Shown: positions 1-7,739 of the stretch, one piece after another | How positions within the stretch are numbered: the stretch's first letter is position 1 | How the letters are laid out: each line of letters begins with the position of its first letter | Source: a virus | Taxonomy: Duplodnaviria; Heunggongvirae; Uroviricota; Caudoviricetes | IMG/VR virus record: IMGVR_UViG_2724679538_000009 | DNA: 17,415 nt | Strand: one strand, 5' to 3' | Translations under genes and position numbers: made by a program | The notes under the pieces: model-generated | What the model was told of the DNA's origin: nothing | What the model saw: the letters and a program-made list of their open reading frames with translations, nothing else | Database searches by the model: none

Positions 1-345
1 TTACATCCGACGTTGCTGCTGTTTTTCTGCGTGCACCCGCTTCACAATCTTATAAATCCATTGCAGCGTCAGATTATATTTCTTCGCTAATTCGGCGTAG
101 TTGCGCCCATCGCACTCGCTATAGATTTGGTAGTCACGCTCCGATGCTCGTCCGGAGATCCCCTTAGGGAAATAAATGCTTTGTCCGCCCCAGTTACGCA
201 TCATTCGGTCGGCAATGGCAAAGCCCACATTTTCTGCCGATGAACTGTCGAGATTGATGCTTTCAATCAGAACTTGCGATGCATGAAAAGCCAGGTCGTT
301 AATGATCTCCGGTGTCCGGGCCATCTCTTTTGATTTTCGTATCAT
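1..345 (-). CDS. Mor-family transcriptional activator (Mu Mor/C-like)
   Basis: Complete 114-aa ORF (ATG at 343-345 on minus strand, GGAG about 8 nt upstream). Contains the GGQSIYFPKG motif matching the Mor GGxQVYIPRG signature and a C-terminal helix-turn-helix-like segment (RNYAELAKKYNLTLQWIYKIVKRV). Transcribed divergently from the lysis/tail genes. Confidence 0.75.
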   Translation of the reverse strand: MIRKSKEMARTPEIINDLAFHASQVLIESINLDSSSAENVGFAIADRMMRNWGGQSIYFPKGISGRASERDYQIYSECDGRNYAELAKKYNLTLQWIYKIVKRVHAEKQQQRRM

Positions 346-566
346 TTTTCATCTCCATATATCTTGCATCCTGAATAAGACCCGATGCGTGTAAAACCAC
401 GGATATACGCTAAGCAGTTGTCATTACTGCTACTCAATACATTCAACAAACAAATAAACAATTAACAAAAATATAAATTTTTAATATTAATGAACGCCAT
501 AAATTCATGAAATAGATATATTGTTTGCGTTATGTTTCTTGTCAACAGGTGTATCATTTTACACGA

Positions 567-586
567 TACTGTATACACATACAGTA
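567..586. promoter_or_regulatory. Candidate LexA (SOS) box TACTGTATACACATACAGTA
   Basis: Perfect CTGT-N8-ACAG dyad with flanking TA; 18 of 20 positions match the E. coli LexA consensus TACTGTATATATATACAGTA. Lies in the 537-bp divergent control region between the Mor-like gene and the lysis/tail operon. Confidence 0.55.
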
Positions 587-882
587 TTATTTTTACTTGT
601 AGTGTAAAAAGATCGTTTCCCTCACAGTCGCTGACTTTCTTAAACAAACTTTAAAAATCAAATAACTATCGAATATTCCTACGATCCACCATCATCTTTC
701 CCCTGCATAATGATGCACTTGTTCGCCAGGTCACCTTTTGCTCTTTTATTGACGGGTGGATTTATTAGCGGGCATGTTCATTTATAGAGAATCTATTTTT
801 TAAACTTATTTATTAAAGCTTTTTTCATTCTTCACTGGCGGGTTCTGACGACACTAAACGCTCATTTATCAGGAGATATCGT

Positions 883-1170
883 ATGAAAAAAATCACATTT
901 CCCCGGCTTTCCGGCTGGCTGGTCGCTTCCGTCGCGCTGTTTGTCGTGATCGGCTGGACCTCTTCAGCACAAATCCCGGTCGTCATTTATAAACTAAGCC
1001 TGGTTTCGCTTTCCGCGGTGCTGGGATACTGGCTCGATCGCAGTTTGTTCCCCTGGGCACGGCCTGACTCTTTTTGCCCCTGGAAGGAACCGCGTTGCTG
1101 CGCGGCGGCAATGATTCGCCGGGCTATCATCGTTGCTGCCGTCTGCCTTTCCGTCGCGTTAGGGCTATAG
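883..1170 (+). CDS. Small membrane protein, putative holin/pinholin
   Basis: 95-aa ORF with AGGAG 7 nt upstream of the ATG. Two to three hydrophobic transmembrane-like segments and a charged C-terminal region. Sits immediately upstream of, and is coupled to, the endolysin gene. Confidence 0.4.
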   Translation: MKKITFPRLSGWLVASVALFVVIGWTSSAQIPVVIYKLSLVSLSAVLGYWLDRSLFPWARPDSFCPWKEPRCCAAAMIRRAIIVAAVCLSVALGL

Positions 1171-1172
1171 TG

Positions 1173-1778
1173 ATGTGGCTGAAATATATCGCGTCTATGA
1201 TTATTTTCGTTCTTTTCCCACTCAACGCCTCTGAACCGCCGAGAGCCTCTCTGGCATGGCGAAACGAACTAATTCGTACCGCTCGAGAAGTCTGGGGACT
1301 GAATGCCCCAGTGGCCGACTTTGCCGGGCAATTACACCAGGAGTCCGCCTGGCAGCCAATGGTACGTTCCCCCGTTGGCGCACAAGGTATGGCGCAATTC
1401 ATGCCTGCTACAGCGACATGGGTAAGCCAGTTGTATCCGCAGTTGCGTGAAAACAAACCGTATAACCCAACCTGGGCGATTCGCGCGCTGGTGCAATATG
1501 ACCAGCATTTGTGGAAAAACATCTCTGCGAAAAATGATTGTCAGCGTATGGCGTTTACCCTAAGCGCCTATAACGGCGGTCAGGGATGGGTTAATCGGGA
1601 TAAAAAACTGGCTGTATCCAAAGGGCTAGATGCCACTCTCTGGTTTGGTCATGTTGAGCAAGTCAACGCCGGGCGCAGCGCCACGAACTGGCGAGAAAAT
1701 CGTCGCTATCCAAAGATGATTCTCTATCAACACGCCGCCCGCTATTTACTCTGGGGACAGGCAAGCTGTCTTCACTAA
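1173..1778 (+). CDS. Lytic transglycosylase (SLT-domain) endolysin with N-terminal signal/SAR-like hydrophobic segment
   Basis: SLT signature HQESAW...SPVGAQGMAQFMPATA (catalytic Glu-Ser, GxxGxMQ). N-terminus MWLKYIASMIIFVLFPLNA is hydrophobic. Start placed at ATG 1173, 2 nt after the holin stop, rather than the overlapping upstream ATG at 1074. Confidence 0.75.
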   Translation: MWLKYIASMIIFVLFPLNASEPPRASLAWRNELIRTAREVWGLNAPVADFAGQLHQESAWQPMVRSPVGAQGMAQFMPATATWVSQLYPQLRENKPYNPTWAIRALVQYDQHLWKNISAKNDCQRMAFTLSAYNGGQGWVNRDKKLAVSKGLDATLWFGHVEQVNAGRSATNWRENRRYPKMILYQHAARYLLWGQASCLH

Positions 1779-1790
1779 TCAGAGGGGCCG

Positions 1791-2105
1791 ATGAAACTCA
1801 GTATCGATTTTTGGGAAGTGATCTCCCTTATGCTTTCCTTCGTTGGATTAATGTTTGCTGCCGGAAAATTGCTGTTAGCGCAAATTGAAAAAAGACTTAA
1901 TGAGCGTTTTGAATCTCTGGAAAACGCGCGCCGGGAATCAGAAACAAACTGGTCGAAACTGGAAAGAGAATTTCTCGAATTTCGTGCCGAGCTTCCGCTG
2001 CATTATGTCCGCAGAGAAGATTATCTTCGTGGCCAGGCAGTATTAGAAGCAAAGCTGGATGCCTTATATAGCAAAATAGAGCTATTACAACGCGGTAGCT
2101 ATTAA
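1791..2105 (+). CDS. Bitopic membrane protein with periplasmic coiled-coil (i-spanin- or releasin-like lysis accessory protein)
   Basis: 104 aa; N-terminal transmembrane helix (ISLMLSFVGLMFAAGKLLLA) followed by a charged heptad-rich helical region; GAGGGG Shine-Dalgarno upstream. No embedded lipoprotein (o-spanin) ORF was found. Confidence 0.45.
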   Translation: MKLSIDFWEVISLMLSFVGLMFAAGKLLLAQIEKRLNERFESLENARRESETNWSKLEREFLEFRAELPLHYVRREDYLRGQAVLEAKLDALYSKIELLQRGSY

Positions 2106-2222
2106 ATTCAATTTTTTCTCTAAAGCAGATTAAAAGATCCTTCACCTTCACTACGTCAGAATACATTTCAACGATAACGAAGTGAGCGTTAACGAATCAG
2201 CGATAATTAAGGGACACCCTAT

Positions 2223-2678
2223 ATGGAAATTTTATCAGTAATGAATTCTGTTGTGACCAGATTATGTGAACAGAATCCCGAAATGGATGTATCTATTTCA
2301 TCGGTTGATGCCCATAAATATATTCCGCAGACGCAGCAAGTTACAGTGATTATTAATTATAGCGGTTCTCTATTTGCCATGTCTGAAAGCAGTGATGCTC
2401 TCGTGCAACAGCAAACGCTCCGTTTAACTGCCACCGTTATTGTTGGCAAAAATTGTGACGCGTTAAACGCACTGGACCGCATACGCAGCGCACTGGGGGG
2501 GATCCAGCTTCCTGATTGCGAGCGTCTTCTTTGGCTTGAAAAAGAAATCAATGCAGGCGAGAGCGGTGGTTTCTGCCGCTACATCCTGGAAATGGCGACC
2601 AGCTCGCTGTTTATCGCGAAACGGGAAAGCACGGACCTTACCCTGCTTACTGAAGTTAATTACGAGGAAACTGAATGA
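2223..2678 (+). CDS. Hypothetical acidic protein (possible tail completion/virion protein)
   Basis: 151-aa ORF with an SD-like AAGGGA upstream. Translationally coupled to the next ORF (ATGA overlap). Position between the lysis cassette and the sheath gene. No recognisable motif. Confidence 0.45.
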   Translation: MEILSVMNSVVTRLCEQNPEMDVSISSVDAHKYIPQTQQVTVIINYSGSLFAMSESSDALVQQQTLRLTATVIVGKNCDALNALDRIRSALGGIQLPDCERLLWLEKEINAGESGGFCRYILEMATSSLFIAKRESTDLTLLTEVNYEETE

Positions 2679-2872
2679 AATACATCTACAACGGCCCGGC
2701 AAGCGGCGTCACCCTTGCCGACGGACAAGAAATCTTATTGTGGCCGAACAGTGAAATTGATCTGCCAGAAGACAACGAGTGGGTCATGACCATGATTGCC
2801 CGCAATCATCTGACTCCTGTCATCACTCAGGAAGAACAAAATAACGGAGAGGAAATTGTACATGGCAGCTAA
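2675..2872 (+). CDS. Small hypothetical protein
   Basis: 65-aa ORF, ATGA-coupled to the upstream ORF and overlapping the sheath start by 11 nt. Acidic; function unknown. Confidence 0.35.
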   Translation: MKYIYNGPASGVTLADGQEILLWPNSEIDLPEDNEWVMTMIARNHLTPVITQEEQNNGEEIVHGS

Positions 2873-4283
2873 TTATCTGCACGGTGTAGAAACCATTGAA
2901 ATTGAAACCGGCCCGCGTCCGGTTAAAGCGGTAAAATCCGCCGTCATCGCTTTAATCGGTACGGCCCCCTGTGGTCCGGTAAATAAACCAACATTATGCC
3001 TTTCTGAAAGCGATGCTGCGCAGTTTGGTTCGACTCAGGCTAACTTTACGATCCCGCAGGCGTTAAAGGCGATTTACGACCATGGCGCCGGTACAGTGGT
3101 GGTAATTAATGTGCTGGATCCGGTAAAACATGGACTGCATGTTGCCAATGAAACTATTACGTTCAATAGTGCCGATAAAGCTAAATTAGCTCATCCGGGA
3201 GTAAGTTCAGTAATATTAAGACCAAGTACCAATTCCACTACGTACAAAAATACATCTTACAATGTTAATGCTGCAGATGGCGTTATTACCCGTACCGGAA
3301 CTGAAATCCCGGCAGGGGCGAAGGTTTACGCGACGTATACCTATGTTGACCCTACAAAGGTCACCGCAGCCGATATTATCGGTGCCGTTAATACCGCAGG
3401 CGATCGCACGGGGATGAAACTGCTACAGGACACCTATAACCTGTATGGTTTCTACGCCAAAATCCTGCTTGCTCCCGTGTTCTGTACGCAAAAATCAGTA
3501 ACTACCGAGCTGATTGCACAAGCGGAAAAACTTGGTGCGATTACCTACATTGATGCCCCGATTGGGACGACATTCCAGCAGGTATTGGCAGGACGCGGTT
3601 CGCAAGGGGCTATCAACTTCAACACCAGCTCTGATCGTGCGCGTTTATGTTACCCACACGTCAAAGTTTACGATGGCATCACTAACCAGGAAGTTCTCGA
3701 ACCGCTCTCTTCGCGCGCTGCCGGGCTACGTGCCAAAGTAGACCTCGAAAAAGGTTTCTGGTGGAGCAACTCAAACCAGGAAATTCAGGGTATTACCGGT
3801 ATTGAACGTTCGCTTTCCGCAATGATTGATGATCCTCAAAGCGAAGTGAATCAGCTCAACGAAAACGGCATTACCACTATTTTCAATAGTTACGGCTCTG
3901 GTCTGCGCTTGTGGGGCAACCGCACAGCGGCATGGCCTACCGTGACCCATATGCGTAACTTTGAAAACGCCCGCCGGACAGGCGATGTAATTAATGAGTC
4001 AATCCGTTATTTCAGTCAGCAGTATATTGATATGCCGATTAATCAGGCGCTGATTGATGCCCTGACCGAATCGGTAAATACCTGGGGCCGTAAGCTGATT
4101 GCCGACGGCGCACTGCTTGGCTTTGAGTGCTGGTACGATCCGGCGCGAAATTCACCGACCGAACTCAGCGCCGGGCATTTATTGCTGAGCTATAAATTCA
4201 CCCCGCCACCGCCGCTGGAACGTCTGACGTTTGAAACTGAAATTACTTCTGAATATTTAGTCTCTCTGGAGAGCAATAGCTAA
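2862..4283 (+). CDS. Contractile tail sheath protein
   Basis: 473 aa from ATG 2862 (GGAGAGGAA upstream; the ORF track uses an upstream TTG at 2856). Size and position immediately upstream of the tube gene are typical of Mu gpL / P2 FI-type sheath proteins. Confidence 0.85.
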   Translation: MAANYLHGVETIEIETGPRPVKAVKSAVIALIGTAPCGPVNKPTLCLSESDAAQFGSTQANFTIPQALKAIYDHGAGTVVVINVLDPVKHGLHVANETITFNSADKAKLAHPGVSSVILRPSTNSTTYKNTSYNVNAADGVITRTGTEIPAGAKVYATYTYVDPTKVTAADIIGAVNTAGDRTGMKLLQDTYNLYGFYAKILLAPVFCTQKSVTTELIAQAEKLGAITYIDAPIGTTFQQVLAGRGSQGAINFNTSSDRARLCYPHVKVYDGITNQEVLEPLSSRAAGLRAKVDLEKGFWWSNSNQEIQGITGIERSLSAMIDDPQSEVNQLNENGITTIFNSYGSGLRLWGNRTAAWPTVTHMRNFENARRTGDVINESIRYFSQQYIDMPINQALIDALTESVNTWGRKLIADGALLGFECWYDPARNSPTELSAGHLLLSYKFTPPPPLERLTFETEITSEYLVSLESNS

Positions 4284-4807
4284 TGGCTGGAAAAATTCAA
4301 ATTAACCGTATTACCAACGCCAATATTTATCTCGATGGTAATAACCTTTTAGGTCGTGCAACCGAAATTAAATTGCCGGATGTCAGTTTAATTATGCAAG
4401 AGCATAAGGCACTGGGTATGGTCGGCAAAATCGAACTCCCGGCAGGTTTCGATAAACTGGAGGGCGAAATTAAATGGAACTCCTTTTATCAGGACGTCAT
4501 GCGTAAAACGGCAAACCCGTGGCAGGCGGTGGCATTACAGTGCCGCTCCAGTATTGATTGCTATAACTCCCAGGGGAAAGCGAATCAATTAGCGTTAGTG
4601 ACACATTTAACCGTGATGTTTAAAAAAAATCCCCTGGGCACATTTAAACAGAATGAAAACCCGGAATTCAGCAGCGCCTTTGGCTGTACTTATATTAAAC
4701 AGGTGGTCGATGGTGAAACACTGCTGGAGCTGGATTACCTGGCGAATATTTTCCGCGTTAACGGCGTGGATCAATTAAGTACCTATCGCAATAACATCGG
4801 TGGCTAA
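4283..4807 (+). CDS. Tail tube protein (P2 FII-like)
   Basis: 174 aa; TAATG stop-start overlap with the sheath gene; size and order match tail tube proteins. Confidence 0.8.
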   Translation: MAGKIQINRITNANIYLDGNNLLGRATEIKLPDVSLIMQEHKALGMVGKIELPAGFDKLEGEIKWNSFYQDVMRKTANPWQAVALQCRSSIDCYNSQGKANQLALVTHLTVMFKKNPLGTFKQNENPEFSSAFGCTYIKQVVDGETLLELDYLANIFRVNGVDQLSTYRNNIGG

Positions 4808-4811
4808 GTTA

Positions 4812-4831
4812 TTCGGGGCTACGGCCCCGAA
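4812..4831 (+). terminator. Stable stem-loop immediately downstream of the tube gene (possible partial terminator/attenuator)
   Basis: ttcggggc-tacg-gccccgaa forms an 8-bp GC-rich stem with a 4-nt loop, 5 nt after the tube stop codon. No downstream U-run, so not a canonical intrinsic terminator. Confidence 0.3.
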
Positions 4832-4857
4832 CTTCGCAAAATAAATAAGGATACAAA

Positions 4858-5175
4858 ATGAAAGAGCATTATATCTTACAGTTCCCGTTTACTTCAGCGG
4901 CGGGAGACGTAATTAACACTCTGCAATTACGTCGCCTGAAAGTAAAAGATATGCGCAACGCGCGCCGGATCAGCGAAAAGCCAGAAGAGTGGGATGAACC
5001 GCTGATGGCGGCGATGACCGGACTGGTGCCAGAAGATTTAGCTGAAATGGATTTGCTGGATTACCAGGCATTGCAGAAACGATTTCAATCCATGCTTAGC
5101 GTGGCTACAGAATCCGCCACTGTTATGGCAAGCGATGGCGTTACTGGCGAGATGGTTTCGCTTTCCGCCCAGTGA
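4858..5175 (+). CDS. Tail assembly chaperone (gpE/G-like)
   Basis: 105-aa acidic ORF between tube and tape-measure genes, the conserved position of the frameshifted chaperone pair in long-tailed phages. A +1-frame continuation is open to 5263. Confidence 0.55.
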   Translation: MKEHYILQFPFTSAAGDVINTLQLRRLKVKDMRNARRISEKPEEWDEPLMAAMTGLVPEDLAEMDLLDYQALQKRFQSMLSVATESATVMASDGVTGEMVSLSAQ

Positions 5176-5251
5176 GATAGACGCCCTTACCGTCGATGAC
5201 TTTAGCAACTGGCTGGATGAAGCCAGCGCCCAAATAAAAATCGAATATGAC

Positions 5252-5272
5252 TCGCAGACCTGATGTCTGCGA
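5252..5272 (+). other. Perfect 8-bp inverted repeat (tcgcagac-ctgat-gtctgcga) in the chaperone-tape measure spacer
   Basis: Read directly from sequence. Overlaps the end of the +1-frame extension (stop at 5261-5263). No following U-run. Confidence 0.4.
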
Positions 5273-5363
5273 GTCCTTCAAGGCCCACCAGGTTTATTTC
5301 TTCCCAGTCCATTTTTCAGAAAACTAACCAGCGGGCCATCACCAATTTATAAGAGAAACAATT

Positions 5364-7739
5364 TTGGCCAACGATATTATTACCCAGCTTCAGGCGCGTA
5401 ATGAGACGTTGACGCAGGCAATAGCCCGTTACGGCTCACTCAACGCCAGAACATTGTTAGCTCTCTCTACTCAGCAAGCGACAGTTATCAAACTAACGCA
5501 GCGGCTTGCCGATTCCGCTCTCCGCCTGGAGGAAAATAGCCGCAGCCGCGCTAATCTGATGGAGAAAACCCACACATTTGCCGGGCAATTTAGCAAAGTA
5601 TTCAATGTTGAAGCCCCCGACTGGAAGTTGCCGTATGAGTTCCAGGACAACATGGTCAATATGGCGACCAAAGGTGGGATGAATGATACAACTCGCGAGA
5701 CGCTCAGCCTTAATCTGCGCGACTGGAGCATGGATTTTAACCAGCATCAGACCACCTTACAGAACGCAGCCCAAACGCTGATCGAAGGCAATTTGTCGTC
5801 GATACAGGATCTCAACCGTTATATGCCGGAGATCGCCAAAGCTGCCACCGCCACGCGCGAAAGTGCTGAAACATGGGCGAATGCCGCGCTCGCAACCCAT
5901 GATCGACTGAATATTGCGCCAGAAAATTTCCACGTCGCGCAAAACATGATGTACGGCATTAGCAAAAGCGGTGGGCCTGCCGTTGCCGAGCAAACGCTGT
6001 GGATAGACAAATTTGCAGGTAAAACCGGCGCTCAGGGTCTGGAAGGTATGGCTGAACTGACTGCCGCCATGCAGATCGCCATGAAAAACGGAGCCAGCGC
6101 CAGTGCGGCGGCGGAGAATTTCGACCACTTTCTGCAAACCACCTTTTCGAAAAAGACCGATAACTGGTTCGCCAGCCAGGGCGTCGATCTGCAAGGCTCT
6201 CTGCTTGAACATCAGCAAAACGGTATGGGTGTTAGCGAAGCCATGACTCATATCGTACAAATGCAGCTTGAGAAGATGAATCCGGCGATCCTCGACACCT
6301 TCAAACGCACTATGCAGATTGAAGATTTATCTGCTCGCAGCAATGCGCTGCAATCGATGGTGACGCAATTTAATCTAGGCGAAATGTTCGGCGATGCGCA
6401 AACGGTGGAATTCCTGGCACCTATGCTGGCGAATATGGAGGAATATCGCCAGTTAAAAACCTCTGCCATGCAAGCCACCAGCAAGAATCTGATTGATGCC
6501 GACTTTTCTGCGCAAATGGCCTCGCCCATTGAACAGACTAAAGCGTTACAGCTGGCGTTAAATGATTTATGGCTCAGCATTGGCTTGCAATTAATGCCGC
6601 TGATTGGCGAGCTGGCACAAAGCCTTACGCCGGTTATTCGTCAGTTCAGCGCCTGGCTACGTGAGCACCCGACACTGGTGCAAAACATCGCGAAAATCGT
6701 CGGGGCGATTTGGCTGTTTAACGGTGCGCTGAATGTTTTAAAGCTGGGCGCGAACCTCATCACCTCGCCGTTTATTCGTCTGGTCGATATCTTCCTGAAA
6801 GTCAAGGCAAGTCTGGCGCTCACAGGCGGGGCAAGTAAGATGCTATCAGCGGTTAAGTCATTGGGTGGCGGCGCAAAATGGCTAATGCAACTGCTTGGTC
6901 GTGGCCTGATTAGCGCACTGAAACAGGTAGGTCAGACCGTCTTCTGGTTGGGTAGGGTTTTATTGATGAATCCCATTGGCCTGGTCATCACCGCAATTGC
7001 GGGTGCTGCTTATCTGATTTATCGCAACTGGGAGCCTATCTCCAGGTTCTTTTCGACCATCTGGCAACGTATCACCACGGCCTTTGACGGCGGTATTGCA
7101 GGGATTTGCCGGTTGATTCTCGACTGGTCGCCGCTGGCTTTGTTCTATAGCGCCTTTTCCAGTGTGATGAATTGGTTTGGTGTCGAGATGCCTGCAAGTT
7201 TTAGCGAGTTCGGCAGCAATCTTCTGGGCAGTCTGGTTGACGGCATAATGAATGCCTTCCCCGCTCTGAAAGGCATTATTGATCAGGTAAAAAACGTCAT
7301 CCCAGACTGGCTAAAAACCACGATGGGTATTAGTACAGAAGGATCGGCTACAGCTATTACAAGCACGACTAATACCGCATCCGTCTCCCCCGCGACCGTT
7401 GTTCCAGGCGTTGCCGGTGCGATTTTAACGCCTCCGGTGGGGAAACAACTCGCGCCATCCAGTAAAACGACAACGCCGCCATCGGCACCTGCGGCAAAAA
7501 ATACAGCCGCCAAACCCGCATCGGCCTCTTTACCAGGTAAATCCGTAACCAAACCGGCGACGCTACCTTCCCGTTCCTCTGGAAAAGTTCAGGTGAATTT
7601 TTCGCCACAGATTACCGTGCAGGGTAACGGACAAAACACCACTAAAGAGATTCAGAACGTGTTGACGATGAGTAAACGCGAACTGGAAAGAATGATTAAC
7701 GACGTAATGGCGCAGCAGCAGCGCCGGGGGTATGCCTGA
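5364..7739 (+). CDS. Tail tape measure protein
   Basis: 791 aa; helical N-terminal half, hydrophobic central segments, Pro/Thr/Ala/Ser-rich C-terminal region; located between chaperone and baseplate genes. The only start after the in-frame stop at 5325-5327 is TTG at 5364 (AAGAG upstream), so the start codon is uncertain. Confidence 0.8.
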   Translation: MANDIITQLQARNETLTQAIARYGSLNARTLLALSTQQATVIKLTQRLADSALRLEENSRSRANLMEKTHTFAGQFSKVFNVEAPDWKLPYEFQDNMVNMATKGGMNDTTRETLSLNLRDWSMDFNQHQTTLQNAAQTLIEGNLSSIQDLNRYMPEIAKAATATRESAETWANAALATHDRLNIAPENFHVAQNMMYGISKSGGPAVAEQTLWIDKFAGKTGAQGLEGMAELTAAMQIAMKNGASASAAAENFDHFLQTTFSKKTDNWFASQGVDLQGSLLEHQQNGMGVSEAMTHIVQMQLEKMNPAILDTFKRTMQIEDLSARSNALQSMVTQFNLGEMFGDAQTVEFLAPMLANMEEYRQLKTSAMQATSKNLIDADFSAQMASPIEQTKALQLALNDLWLSIGLQLMPLIGELAQSLTPVIRQFSAWLREHPTLVQNIAKIVGAIWLFNGALNVLKLGANLITSPFIRLVDIFLKVKASLALTGGASKMLSAVKSLGGGAKWLMQLLGRGLISALKQVGQTVFWLGRVLLMNPIGLVITAIAGAAYLIYRNWEPISRFFSTIWQRITTAFDGGIAGICRLILDWSPLALFYSAFSSVMNWFGVEMPASFSEFGSNLLGSLVDGIMNAFPALKGIIDQVKNVIPDWLKTTMGISTEGSATAITSTTNTASVSPATVVPGVAGAILTPPVGKQLAPSSKTTTPPSAPAAKNTAAKPASASLPGKSVTKPATLPSRSSGKVQVNFSPQITVQGNGQNTTKEIQNVLTMSKRELERMINDVMAQQQRRGYA

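Noticed and set aside
462-647. 61-aa minus-strand ORF in the divergent control region
   Set aside because: Lies in very AT-rich non-coding-like sequence, spans the LexA box and palindromes, has low-complexity composition and no ribosome-binding site; most likely a chance ORF.
1074-1172. Upstream ATG at 1074 as endolysin start
   Set aside because: Would overlap the holin-like gene by about 100 nt in another frame; ATG 1173 sits 2 nt after the holin stop and begins the hydrophobic N-terminus.
1127-1522. 131-aa minus-strand ORF, and the 64-aa plus-strand ORF at 1256-1450
   Set aside because: Antisense or alternative-frame overlaps of the SLT-domain endolysin gene, whose frame carries the recognisable catalytic motif.
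1791-2105. Embedded o-spanin (Rz1-like lipoprotein) within the i-spanin-like gene
   Set aside because: The only alternative-frame ORF found (about 48 aa from an out-of-frame ATG) has no signal peptide or lipobox cysteine.
3514-3741. 75-aa alternative-frame ORF inside the sheath gene
   Set aside because: Fully embedded in the sheath coding frame with no independent signals.
5172-5180. Canonical -1 programmed frameshift at the chaperone 3' end
   Set aside because: The -1 frame terminates at 5178-5180, so a -1 slip cannot produce an extended product; only the +1 frame is open (reported as a low-confidence finding).
5471-7608. Multiple minus-strand ORFs (60-167 aa) antisense to the tape-measure gene
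   Set aside because: All are contained within the long, well-supported tape-measure ORF; typical chance antisense ORFs.
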